From: an uncultured Candidatus Saccharibacteria bacterium
Lineage (GTDB): Bacteria > Patescibacteriota > Minisyncoccia > UBA6257 > 2-01-FULL-56-20
Assembly: GCA_965231155.1 (NCBI GenBank)
Contig: OZ246418.1
Span: 368,751-432,750 of the forward strand
Length of the DNA: 64,000 nt
Reading direction: 5' to 3'
Shown piece after piece: positions 38,540 through 47,694 of the stretch; the stretch's first letter is position 1, and each line of letters begins with the position of its first letter. Below the pieces are notes generated by a model, which had not been told where the DNA came from, searched no databases, and was given only the letters and a program-made list of their open reading frames with translations. Position numbers and translations under genes: made by a program.

Positions 38540-41500
38540 GTGAAGAAAATAACGTCGCTTTTTATACTTGCTGGAGGAGTTTTTTTGTTTTCCGTTTATG
38601 TTCTCTTCGGCGCTCCTGGCTTGCTGACGAGAGTTCTGGTTCAGGCCCAAGTGGCACATACCGATATCATTACAAGTATCGTTGGCGGAGGCAATGGTGA
38701 CGGTTGTCCAGTGAAAAGTGCTGCAGAGATTATGGCTCAGGGCATGACAATCGATCGCAGTGGGAATCTTATGATAAGAGAGGGCTCTCTAAACCCCCGC
38801 TTACGAATTGTCTCTCCGATTGTTGGCAATGCCTTGAGTCCTGAGTCTATAATTTCGACTCCCTCTGGTCAGGAAGAGATTTTCAGGAATCCTTTCTATA
38901 TAAGTAATGCAGGAGGTGTTGCTTTTGATGCTGAGGGGAGGTGGTATGTCAGTGATGGTTACGCCAGGATCTGGAGGAGGTCTCCTGCTGGTCAGTGGGA
39001 AGTTTTTGCTGGAATGACCAGTCCTGGATACAGCGGTGATGGAGGGATACCGACAAATGCCGAGCTTTCTTCTCCTGCCAGTCTTACTTTTGATACTTCG
39101 GGTACTTTGTATATTGTGGAGGTAGGAAGTAATCGAATTCGAAGGATAAAGAATGGGATTATTGATACACTTCTCCAGTTCGATGTTGCCGATGCACGTC
39201 GTTTGGCGATGGACTCGGATGGTAATTTATTGGTAGTCAATCAGATTGCTCATGCTATCAGAAAGATTGATGTGCAAACTGGAGAAGTAACTCTCGTTGC
39301 AGGTACTGGTGTACAGGGATTTTCTGGTGATGGTGGTCCAGCAACAGCGGCACAGCTTTATTTGCCATCTGATTTAGCAGTTTCTTCGAATGGTGATATC
39401 TATATTGCTGATGCCGTGAATCATCGCGTGAGAAAGATTGCAAAGACTACCGGAATTATTACCACGGTAGTTGGCACAGGAGATTCTCGTGGAGCAGTGC
39501 GTGAAAACATTCCTGCCACCACTGCCTCTCTCGATAGTCCAATTTCTCTAGCAATCGATTCTCGTGACAGACTTTATATTGGTGAGGGTGGGGGAACTCA
39601 TAAGGGGATTAGAGTTGTGGAGAATGGGATTATTTCTTCTTTTTCTGGTTTGACGAATGGAGAAGGGTGTTTCGCTCAGAACGCTTTTCTTCGACCCTAC
39701 TCGATGCTTGTGGATGAGAGCAATAATTTAACCTTCATCGATTTTGATACTGCGAAAGTAATGAGGGTTCCTGCTCGTAATGGCGTGCAAGACGGGACTG
39801 GTGTGATGACGAGAATTACCGATTTTGATAGCTTGCAGGGCTCGACGACTTTTGCTTTAGCCAAAGATTCTGCGGGTATTCTATATGCTATTAATGGAAA
39901 TAGGATTTTGAAATTGCTCAGTCCTAATAATTGGGTTGTAGTTGCTGGAACAGGGGTGGCTGGATTTTCTGGTGATGGTGGTCCGGCAACAGCGGCAACG
40001 CTGAGAGATCCATATGACCTTCTGGTGGCTTCTGATGGTACAATTTTTTTCTCTGATCAAAATAATAATCGAATCAGAACAGTCTCTCCCACTGGGACGA
40101 TTGACACATACGTAAGTTTTCCGGTGCAACCTCGCGGAATCGATCAGGATCGGTTTGGTAATCTTTTCGTAGCAATCAGATACGGAAGTGTTTATAAAAT
40201 AGCCGCGGGAACCAGGGAAATTTCTGTTGTGGCAGGTGGCGGTTTGTCGAGAGGCTATCCAGATAGCGGAGAGGTTTCTGCGACCAGCACCTTTATTAAT
40301 TCAAATGACGTGGTCGTTGCTTCTGACGGAACTCTTTATATATCATCAGATCCTCAAACCCATCGAGTATTTCGCGTAACGCCTCAGGGCATGATGAGAA
40401 CTTTAGTCGGCTCTAATCTCTTTTATTCCACGCCGACAGGTGACGGTGGGCCGGCTGTCGGAGCATCACTTTCTGAACCACATCGTTTAGCTCTCGATCG
40501 ACAGGGAAATCTTTTTATTGCTGATTACGCCCATCGTCGGATCCGTAAGATTACGATGAGCGCAACTACCCCTCAGCCGAATCCTGTGCCAGTTCTCTCC
40601 GGACTCAGTCATTCTCAGTTCAATGTTGGTCAGTCAAGTTACTACTTTTATGCTAATGGGAGTGGTTTTGTACCGGATTCTGTCATTCGTTGGAATGGTC
40701 AGGATAGGCCTACGGTATACGTTTCTTCTCAGCAGATACGTATCGTGACTCAGGCTTCTGATATGGCGAATCCTGGAACGGTGGCGATTACGGTGTATAC
40801 GCCACCACCTGGAGGAGGGGTGTCTGGTAGTCAGACGCTTACAATTATAGATCCCAATGCTCCAAGCTCTAGTCAGCCGAGTATTACTAGCATTTCGCCA
40901 AACACAAAGGTAGCAGGTGGCGCTGGTTTTAATATGATTCTTACTGGTTCAAACTTTTCGAATAATTCTGTGGTGAAATGGAACAATCAAGTTCGGGTTA
41001 CTATCTTTGATTCGATCGCTCGTCAACTGACTGCCCAGATTCTTGACGGTGATATACGAGCCACGGGAACTTTCCCAGTAACCGTCGAGAACCCATCGCC
41101 TAGTGGAGGAGTGTCGGCTCCACTTATGTTTACAGTAACTGATCCTGCCTCACCACCTAACGAGACAACCTCTTGGCTTTCGAGTGGCGACCAACTTTAC
41201 ACAGCTTCTCAAGTGAGAAAGGTGGGCATTGGAACTACTGCTCCAGATTTTCCATTAACACTGCAGGCATTCGTAGGCGCCGACCCATTATTTTCTCGGG
41301 TGTTTTCTTTCCAGGATCAAAACGGTGTACGCAAGTGGCATCTTAATTTTCTGAATGGGGGATTGAACTTTGTGCAGTCTGGAGTGGCTGACTACAGACT
41401 GTTCTTAGCACAAAATGGAAATGTGGGAGTTGGTCTTGCAACTCCACAAGCAAAGCTGGATGTAAATGGCACAGTTAAGGTTGGTTCTCTTACTGCTGAT

Positions 41501-41605
41501 CCAACTGGAGAGAATGGAATGATTTATTACAATACCACTATGAACAAGTTCCGTTGTTACAAATCTAGTCAGTGGAGAAATTGTATTGCCGTGGTCATGC
41601 CTTAA
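38540..41605 (+). CDS. Large secreted NHL-repeat beta-propeller protein with IPT/TIG-like domains and a C-terminal about 125-aa Cys-containing module shared with the next two genes
   Basis: 1021 aa. Signal peptide. Repeated NHL motifs (YIADAVNHRVRKI, FIADYAHRRIRKI, FSDQNNNRIRTV, LYIVEVGSNRIRRI). Two Ig-like segments. C-terminal module TTSWLSS...GENGMIYYN...FRCY...W..C. Confidence 0.8.
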   Translation: MKKITSLFILAGGVFLFSVYVLFGAPGLLTRVLVQAQVAHTDIITSIVGGGNGDGCPVKSAAEIMAQGMTIDRSGNLMIREGSLNPRLRIVSPIVGNALSPESIISTPSGQEEIFRNPFYISNAGGVAFDAEGRWYVSDGYARIWRRSPAGQWEVFAGMTSPGYSGDGGIPTNAELSSPASLTFDTSGTLYIVEVGSNRIRRIKNGIIDTLLQFDVADARRLAMDSDGNLLVVNQIAHAIRKIDVQTGEVTLVAGTGVQGFSGDGGPATAAQLYLPSDLAVSSNGDIYIADAVNHRVRKIAKTTGIITTVVGTGDSRGAVRENIPATTASLDSPISLAIDSRDRLYIGEGGGTHKGIRVVENGIISSFSGLTNGEGCFAQNAFLRPYSMLVDESNNLTFIDFDTAKVMRVPARNGVQDGTGVMTRITDFDSLQGSTTFALAKDSAGILYAINGNRILKLLSPNNWVVVAGTGVAGFSGDGGPATAATLRDPYDLLVASDGTIFFSDQNNNRIRTVSPTGTIDTYVSFPVQPRGIDQDRFGNLFVAIRYGSVYKIAAGTREISVVAGGGLSRGYPDSGEVSATSTFINSNDVVVASDGTLYISSDPQTHRVFRVTPQGMMRTLVGSNLFYSTPTGDGGPAVGASLSEPHRLALDRQGNLFIADYAHRRIRKITMSATTPQPNPVPVLSGLSHSQFNVGQSSYYFYANGSGFVPDSVIRWNGQDRPTVYVSSQQIRIVTQASDMANPGTVAITVYTPPPGGGVSGSQTLTIIDPNAPSSSQPSITSISPNTKVAGGAGFNMILTGSNFSNNSVVKWNNQVRVTIFDSIARQLTAQILDGDIRATGTFPVTVENPSPSGGVSAPLMFTVTDPASPPNETTSWLSSGDQLYTASQVRKVGIGTTAPDFPLTLQAFVGADPLFSRVFSFQDQNGVRKWHLNFLNGGLNFVQSGVADYRLFLAQNGNVGVGLATPQAKLDVNGTVKVGSLTADPTGENGMIYYNTTMNKFRCYKSSQWRNCIAVVMP
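41163..41534 (+). repeat. 372-bp direct repeat, copy 1 (100% identical to 41730..42101)
   Basis: Base-for-base identity with copy 2 on manual comparison of all six 60-nt lines. Confidence 0.9.
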
Positions 41606-41641
41606 TTTGTGTATATGATAGAATACAGATAACTACGTTCC

Positions 41642-42157
41642 ATGGATATCCATAAAAAAATAGTACATTCATCGTTTCTGATTAGTGCTGTTATTCTAAG
41701 CCTCTTTTCTTTTACGATGGTTTTGGCTCAGACAACCTCTTGGCTTTCGAGTGGCGACCAACTTTACACAGCTTCTCAAGTGAGAAAGGTGGGCATTGGA
41801 ACTACTGCTCCAGATTTTCCATTAACACTGCAGGCATTCGTAGGCGCCGACCCATTATTTTCTCGGGTGTTTTCTTTCCAGGATCAAAACGGTGTACGCA
41901 AGTGGCATCTTAATTTTCTGAATGGGGGATTGAACTTTGTGCAGTCTGGAGTGGCTGACTACAGACTGTTCTTAGCACAAAATGGAAATGTGGGAGTTGG
42001 TCTTGCAACTCCACAAGCAAAGCTGGATGTAAATGGCACAGTTAAGGTTGGTTCTCTTACTGCTGATCCAACTGGAGAGAATGGAATGATTTATTACAAT
42101 AATTCCTTGCAAACTTTTCGTTGTTATGAGGCTGGAATGTGGAAGGATTGTTTTTAA
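41642..42157 (+). CDS. Small secreted protein consisting of signal peptide plus the shared C-terminal module (paralog of the NHL protein C-terminus)
   Basis: 171 aa. Signal peptide ends ...MVLAQ. The mature protein is identical over 124 aa to the NHL protein C-terminal module, then diverges in the last about 18 aa (NNSLQTFRCYEAGMWKDCF vs TTMNKFRCYKSSQWRNC). Confidence 0.6.
   Translation: MDIHKKIVHSSFLISAVILSLFSFTMVLAQTTSWLSSGDQLYTASQVRKVGIGTTAPDFPLTLQAFVGADPLFSRVFSFQDQNGVRKWHLNFLNGGLNFVQSGVADYRLFLAQNGNVGVGLATPQAKLDVNGTVKVGSLTADPTGENGMIYYNNSLQTFRCYEAGMWKDCF
41730..42101 (+). repeat. 372-bp direct repeat, copy 2
   Basis: Identical to 41163..41534. Confidence 0.9.
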
Positions 42158-42248
42158 TATTATTGCTAGGTGTGGATATCTAGACATATTATATTAAAAA
42201 AGGTGTTATAATTTTATCAATAAGTCGGGTGTGAAAATTTAAATAATA

Positions 42249-43583
42249 ATGAAAAAGACATCGTCGATTATTTGGTTCGCTGCGTTTTCTGTAGTGACCA
42301 TTCTCCTATCTCAACTTCCTGCAGTTGATGCTCAAACAGGAGACACATGGGCAGTTGATGCTAATAACAATGTTGTTACCGCGGTTGGTACTGAAAATGT
42401 TGGTATTCGAACAACTAATCCCGACCTTCCCCTAACAGTTCAGGCTAAGGCTGGAAGCACGGCCTGGCTTCGTTTTCGTGATAGCAGTGCAATTAACAAG
42501 TTTCATATCAGTGGTCTAAATGGTGGATTTAATATTGCAGAGTCTGGTGTGATAGATGGTCGTTTGTATCTTAAGCCTGGAGGAGCGGCTGGTATCAATA
42601 CAACCAGTCCGTTCGGTGGAACATTTTCTGGAAACGGCTTAGATATTAATGGCATCTTGAAAGTAGGGGGTCAGGGATTCAACGAGGCTACGACAGGCGC
42701 TGGTGGTATGATGTACTACAATGGAACAAAGTTTCGTTGTAACGAAGGAGGAAGTTGGAAGGACTGTGTGGTAGGTGGGGGTAGTGGAGGAGGTATCGGT
42801 AATGATGCGCCAAGTCCAAATGCGCTGCCAAGGTGGACGAGCACTGGTAATGCTTTTTTGACCAATAGTAATATTTCCGATAATGGCACTCAGGTCACTA
42901 TTAGCAAGCCCACTTCTATTACTGGTAGCCTTTCCGCGAGCTCTATCACGGTGACTGGTGGATCTCCAACAGTTTGTCAGGCTGGCCAAGTTCTGGCTGG
43001 AGCGACTGTTCGAGGAGGATTAGTGACGGGTGGTACTTGTTCCTCGTTCATTTCGAGCACTCCTGGATTTTCTTTGTGGGAGCAGATTCCTGGTACGGCA
43101 AAACTGAAGACTTCAGCAACGATTGATGCTATTGGTGTGGGAACAAGTGACGTCGATCTTCCTCTTACTATTAAAGGCGGTGGTCAGTCTGGATCAGCCT
43201 GGATTCGTTTGAAGGATAGTACTGGAGCTAACAAATGGCATTTCACTGGTTTTGGTGGTGGATTTAGTTTCGTGGAGACCGGTGTTGCTGGTGGTGATGG
43301 GAGGTTCTTCATTAAAGCGGGTAGTGGCAATGTCGGTATGGGAACAATTACTCCAGGGGCAAAATTAGAAATTTCAACTCCAACAAGCAATGCGCTACGT
43401 TTGCGTCGTGGAACTCCGGGTAGTGTTGATGTATTTTCTGCAGTAGGCAGTGGAACTGGAAATTCTTTGTGTGGTGTTCCAACGGCAGGTGCATGTCTTG
43501 CTGCTTTTGATAGTAGCCGTTCTTCCATTAGTTGTTCTGAGGGAGGAGCGATCCGTGCTCTTTGTGCCGCGGTAGGGGATTAA
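42249..43583 (+). CDS. Secreted protein with two divergent tandem copies of the same module followed by a Cys-rich tail
   Basis: 444 aa. Signal peptide. Copy A VGIRTTNPDLPLTVQ...GGFNIAESGVIDGRLYL...MMYYNGTKFRCNEGGSWKDC. Copy B IGVGTSDVDLPLTIK...GGFSFVETGVAGGDGRFFI...GNVGMGTITPGAKLEI. Confidence 0.6.
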   Translation: MKKTSSIIWFAAFSVVTILLSQLPAVDAQTGDTWAVDANNNVVTAVGTENVGIRTTNPDLPLTVQAKAGSTAWLRFRDSSAINKFHISGLNGGFNIAESGVIDGRLYLKPGGAAGINTTSPFGGTFSGNGLDINGILKVGGQGFNEATTGAGGMMYYNGTKFRCNEGGSWKDCVVGGGSGGGIGNDAPSPNALPRWTSTGNAFLTNSNISDNGTQVTISKPTSITGSLSASSITVTGGSPTVCQAGQVLAGATVRGGLVTGGTCSSFISSTPGFSLWEQIPGTAKLKTSATIDAIGVGTSDVDLPLTIKGGGQSGSAWIRLKDSTGANKWHFTGFGGGFSFVETGVAGGDGRFFIKAGSGNVGMGTITPGAKLEISTPTSNALRLRRGTPGSVDVFSAVGSGTGNSLCGVPTAGACLAAFDSSRSSISCSEGGAIRALCAAVGD

Positions 43584-43607
43584 AGGTTTTTTCAGCTTTC
43601 AACTCAT

Positions 43608-43640
43608 AAAACCCGTCCAAGAATTCTGACGGGTTTTATG
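43608..43640 (+). terminator. Rho-independent terminator
   Basis: aaaacccgtc-caagaattct-gacgggtttt followed by at. Confidence 0.7.
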
Positions 43641-43653
43641 ATAGTCTAGTACT

Positions 43654-44409
43654 ATGATTCTTTCGTTGAACCTTGTCCGAGAGATTGTTTTGTCCGACTA
43701 CAAGTTGAGATATCAGGGCTCTATTCTTGGTTTTTTCTGGTCATTTTTGAAGCCTCTTCTTATGTTTGGAGTGCTTTTGGTGGTGTTTTCAGAGTTTATG
43801 CGTTTTGATATTCCTCACTATCCCTTCTATTTGCTGCTAGGAATTATTATCTGGAATTTTTTTGCTGAGGCAACAACTTCTTCAAGCGCTAGTCTCTTAG
43901 CAAAAGGGGGGTTAATCAAGAAGATCTATTTTCCAAAAAGCACCATTGTTGTTTCTGCAGTTTTGACTGCCGCCTTAAACTTTTTCTTCAACTTTTTTGT
44001 TTTTTTCATAATTCTTCTTTTCAGGACGCAAGTTTTTTTGGGGGGACTATTGTTGTTTTGCGTTCTTTTTCTTGAACTGTTTTTCTTGTCCCTTGGCATT
44101 TCTTTTCTTGTTTCTTCTTTGAACGCTCGTTTAAAGGATATCGCTCATATTTGGGAGTTACTTCTTCAGGCTGGATTTTGGCTTACTCCAGTTGTCTATG
44201 CCAAGGAGATGATTCCGCCGAGTTATCAGTGGCTTATTAATCTGAATCCTCTGGCACAGATTATCGAGTATGCCCGGGGGGTACTCCTTTTCCAGACCAT
44301 ACCGTCATTTTTTAGCGTCGTGTCTCTCACGGTATTCGTCGGCGTTGTTTTTGCTATAGGATATTCTGTATTCCGCAGTCGAGAGAATTTTTTTGCTGAG
44401 GAACTATAG
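43654..44409 (+). CDS. ABC-2 type polysaccharide export permease (Wzm/TagG-like)
   Basis: Six TM helices. N-terminal REIVLSDYKLRYQGSILGFFWSFLKP is typical of ABC-2 exporters. Confidence 0.8.
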   Translation: MILSLNLVREIVLSDYKLRYQGSILGFFWSFLKPLLMFGVLLVVFSEFMRFDIPHYPFYLLLGIIIWNFFAEATTSSSASLLAKGGLIKKIYFPKSTIVVSAVLTAALNFFFNFFVFFIILLFRTQVFLGGLLLFCVLFLELFFLSLGISFLVSSLNARLKDIAHIWELLLQAGFWLTPVVYAKEMIPPSYQWLINLNPLAQIIEYARGVLLFQTIPSFFSVVSLTVFVGVVFAIGYSVFRSRENFFAEEL

Positions 44410-44410
44410 C

Positions 44411-45592
44411 ATGCACTTACCGGTAATAGAACTGAAAAAGGTCTCCAAGAGTTTCCTCATTCCTCATGAAAAGATGAGCACTTTGCGCGAGCGCTTTATT
44501 CATCTTTTTCGGCCAAGAACATACGAGTCGTTCAGAGCATTGTCCGACATATCCCTGGCCGTTCAGCCCGGTGAATTCCTTGGAGTTATCGGTGACAACG
44601 GGAGTGGTAAATCCACTTTCTTGAAAGTTCTATCGGGTGTACTGAGGCCTGATTCTGGTAAGGTCAAAGTGCGTGGCGTGATCTCTCCTTTCCTTGAGTT
44701 AGGGTTGGGCTTTCAGCCAGATTTGTCTGGTCGGGAGAATATGTTTCTTTATGGCGCTCTCCTTGGTCTTTCTAGGAAAGATATTCATAAGAAGTACCAA
44801 GAGATCGTGGCCTTTGCTGAGCTTGAGAGATTTATTGATCAGAAGATAAAAAATTACTCTTCAGGTATGCAGGTTCGTTTGGCTTTTGCGATTACCATCC
44901 AAGCTCAAGCTGATATTTTCTTAGTAGACGAAGTATTGGCTGTTGGTGATTATAAGTTTCAAGAAAAATGTTTTGAGGTATTTCGTCGGTTTAAGCAGGA
45001 AAAGAAGACGGTGATTTTTGTGAGTCATGATTTGGAAAAAGTTGAACAGTTTTGCGAACGTTCGATTTTGATCAAGGACGGTCAGTTAGTGAAGTCTGGC
45101 AGAACGGACGAGGTCGTTACTTACTACAAAGCCCAAAGAAGGGGTGGCGCTCCTTTCACTGAGAAGAGAGAGGGGGTGCTTGTCTCGGATGTGACCCTTC
45201 TCGATGGGAGTGGAAAGGTCTGTGCTGTGTTTCATCCCAATGAGCCAATGACGGCAACTTTTCGATACCATTCTTCTCAGGACTTCGATCAAGTCATTTT
45301 TCAGATTCAGATGTATACGGAGGGCGGTTGGCTTTGCGCTGGAGACAATACCGATCGGCATGGCTTGGTCAAAGAAGGGACGAGTGGAAGAGGAGTTGGT
45401 CGTATCCAGTACGATGCTATTAATCTTTTGAGCGGTCGTTATACTGTTTTCATAAAAATTTGGCCATCCGGTTTCTCTGGGCCGTGTTTTGAGTCTCAAC
45501 CCGTTTATTTTTCCGTAGAGAGTCGTCCGGAAGAGGGAGGGGCGATTTGTTATATGCCGGCTCGGTGGGAGATTGAGTCAAAGAACGAGTAA
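44411..45592 (+). CDS. Polysaccharide ABC-transporter ATP-binding protein (Wzt/TagH-like) with extra C-terminal domain
   Basis: Walker A GDNGSGKST. Signature SGMQVRLAFA. Walker B IFLVDEVLAVGD. About 150-aa C-terminal extension (possible substrate-binding domain). Alternative start 44393 overlaps wzm. Confidence 0.9.
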   Translation: MHLPVIELKKVSKSFLIPHEKMSTLRERFIHLFRPRTYESFRALSDISLAVQPGEFLGVIGDNGSGKSTFLKVLSGVLRPDSGKVKVRGVISPFLELGLGFQPDLSGRENMFLYGALLGLSRKDIHKKYQEIVAFAELERFIDQKIKNYSSGMQVRLAFAITIQAQADIFLVDEVLAVGDYKFQEKCFEVFRRFKQEKKTVIFVSHDLEKVEQFCERSILIKDGQLVKSGRTDEVVTYYKAQRRGGAPFTEKREGVLVSDVTLLDGSGKVCAVFHPNEPMTATFRYHSSQDFDQVIFQIQMYTEGGWLCAGDNTDRHGLVKEGTSGRGVGRIQYDAINLLSGRYTVFIKIWPSGFSGPCFESQPVYFSVESRPEEGGAICYMPARWEIESKNE

Positions 45593-46641
45593 TGAAATAC
45601 GGTGCTTTAACATATACCGATATCGCTCCTTTTTCTTCGGGGAATATTGGTGATTACATTCAGAGCCTGGCAGCTATTCAGTTCTTGCCTCGTATCGATA
45701 TTTTTTTAGAAAGGGAAAATCTTAAAACTACTCCAGAAGGAGAGGAGATTTTTGTCATCATGAATGGATGGTTTATGCATCGTCCAGAAAATTTTCCGCC
45801 ACCGAAGAATATTCGTCCATTTTATATTTCATTTTGCGTGGCTGACGAGAAGATGCTTTCTCCAGATGCTGTCGAACATTTAAAGAAACATGGGCCAATT
45901 GGTTGTCGCGATTATGATACGGTTGAGCTTCTTCGAGCCAAAGGAGTACCGGCTTATTTTTCGGGTTGTCTGACTCTGACTTTTGAAAATTTTTACAAGA
46001 AAAGAAACGGCGGTGTTTATCTTGTTGATGTGAAGGAAGGTTTTTTAGATTCTGTTCCTGCTGGCATAAGAGAGAGAGCTGTGGGACTTTCTCACGAGGC
46101 TATTCTTCCGCAAAGTTCGTTGGAGCTATTGAGGATGGGTAGGGTCAAGTATTTTGCTCACACAAAAAGAGCTAAAATACTAGATCTTTTTGTTCTTTTT
46201 CGCCGAATTTTTTCTTGGCGGTTTAGAAAGCTGTTGCCAAAAAATGATTATCGATTTAGCACTTTTAGTACATTTTTGAATCTAGTTCGCGCACAAAGTT
46301 TTCTGGATTTTTATGCCCAGGCAGATTTGGTCATTACGAGTCGTCTCCACGTTGCCCTTCCTTGTCTCGCTTTTAGTACGCCAGTTATTTTGTTCAAGCC
46401 TCACTACGAGGAGAATCATGATAGGTTCACGGCAGTCAAGGAATATCTCCAGTCTTTTTCCGAGAATGAGCTAGGTGCTATCAACTGGTATCCTCAGCCT
46501 CCCCAGGTAGAAGCTCACCAGAAATTCCTTCGTCTTATTGTGAGAGAGGCTGTCTTGATTGGTGATAATCCCTTGAAGAATCGAGATCTAGAGTACTTCT
46601 ACAAGGAGAGCGGTTGGTATCCTTCTTCTGGTGTTTTATGA
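45592..46641 (+). CDS. Polysaccharide pyruvyl transferase family protein (CsaB/WcaK-like)
   Basis: N-terminal GNIGDYIQ and C-terminal LVITSRLHVALPCLAFSTPVI match the PS_pyruv_trans pattern. Confidence 0.55.
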   Translation: MKYGALTYTDIAPFSSGNIGDYIQSLAAIQFLPRIDIFLERENLKTTPEGEEIFVIMNGWFMHRPENFPPPKNIRPFYISFCVADEKMLSPDAVEHLKKHGPIGCRDYDTVELLRAKGVPAYFSGCLTLTFENFYKKRNGGVYLVDVKEGFLDSVPAGIRERAVGLSHEAILPQSSLELLRMGRVKYFAHTKRAKILDLFVLFRRIFSWRFRKLLPKNDYRFSTFSTFLNLVRAQSFLDFYAQADLVITSRLHVALPCLAFSTPVILFKPHYEENHDRFTAVKEYLQSFSENELGAINWYPQPPQVEAHQKFLRLIVREAVLIGDNPLKNRDLEYFYKESGWYPSSGVL

Positions 46642-46673
46642 TAGGGCATAGGTAGATTCATAAGAAACTCATT

Positions 46674-47675
46674 ATGGATAAAAAGGAAACTATTCAAACC
46701 AGCTTCATCATCCCTTGTTTTAACTATGGGCAGTATTTACCCGAGGCAATTCAGAGTGTCCTAGATCAAACCTATCAAGATTTCGAAATTATTGTGGTCG
46801 ATGATGGGTCGACCGACGAGCTCACGAAAAAAGTTCTTGCTGAAATTAATTATCCGAAGGTGAGGGTTATTCATCAAGAAAATAAGGGTTTACCAGTAGC
46901 CAGAAATGTCGGTATTCGAGAAGCGAAAGGGGAGTTCATAGTGCCCCTTGATGCCGATGACAAATTGGATCCTACTTATCTTGAGAAGTGCTTGTGGATG
47001 TTTGAGCATAATCCAGGGATAGGGTTCGTATATACGGTCACCCAAACATTTGGTGATTATGAATATTTCTTTGGTTTTAAAGAATATAATTTTCGAGAGC
47101 TTCTTTCTGAGAATTTTATTCCTGCCACGGCATGTTTTCGGAAATCTGATTGGAGCCGTATAGGAGGATACGAAGAACGTTTATCTTCTTATGAGGATTG
47201 GGAGTTCTGGATTCATCTAGGTAAGGAGGGGATTTTTGGAGTTCTTTTGCCAGAACCACTTTTTTTCTACAGAAAACATGGAGATTCTATGCTTGAGACA
47301 AAAGGTAAGCCAAACCATGCAATGATTTATAGTCAGATAAAAGGACTGCATCCAGAACTTTTTCCTTCGGGGGAGATTGATGGAGATTATGAACATTTGG
47401 GAAGAGTCTCTTCCCAAATCATTTATCCGTCCCATGCACTTGATACTATCGCCAGTATCTTTAGAAAATTCCAAGATCGTCACATAGAAGATAGAGAAAC
47501 GGTCAAGAAGACATATCAAAAACTTCTCTTGCTGGAAGGAGGGTTGCGTGAAGAACGTGGTCACAGGATGGAGTTGCAGGGTGCTTTTGATAAAATTTTG
47601 CATTCTCGGGGTTGGCGAATAATTAGCTTTCTTCATAATGTAAGAATGAGAATTCCTTTACTTAGAGATCTCTGA
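46674..47675 (+). CDS. Family 2 glycosyltransferase
   Basis: SFIIPCFNYGQYLPEAIQSVLDQTYQDFEIIVVDDGSTD...DADD. Confidence 0.85.
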   Translation: MDKKETIQTSFIIPCFNYGQYLPEAIQSVLDQTYQDFEIIVVDDGSTDELTKKVLAEINYPKVRVIHQENKGLPVARNVGIREAKGEFIVPLDADDKLDPTYLEKCLWMFEHNPGIGFVYTVTQTFGDYEYFFGFKEYNFRELLSENFIPATACFRKSDWSRIGGYEERLSSYEDWEFWIHLGKEGIFGVLLPEPLFFYRKHGDSMLETKGKPNHAMIYSQIKGLHPELFPSGEIDGDYEHLGRVSSQIIYPSHALDTIASIFRKFQDRHIEDRETVKKTYQKLLLLEGGLREERGHRMELQGAFDKILHSRGWRIISFLHNVRMRIPLLRDL

Positions 47676-47694
47676 GAGGCTATGATCCATTAAT

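Noticed and set aside
41163-42101. Diversity-generating retroelement (template/variable repeat) explanation for the 372-bp repeat
   Set aside because: The copies are 100% identical with no adenine-specific substitutions, and there is no reverse-transcriptase or accessory-variability-determinant ORF anywhere in the window.
44393-44410. Upstream start (44393) for the Wzt ATPase, and 50538 for the sugar transferase
   Set aside because: These starts would overlap the preceding genes by 17 and 55 nt. Internal ATGs at 44411 and 50583 give canonical N-termini and minimal overlap. Both are kept as alternatives.
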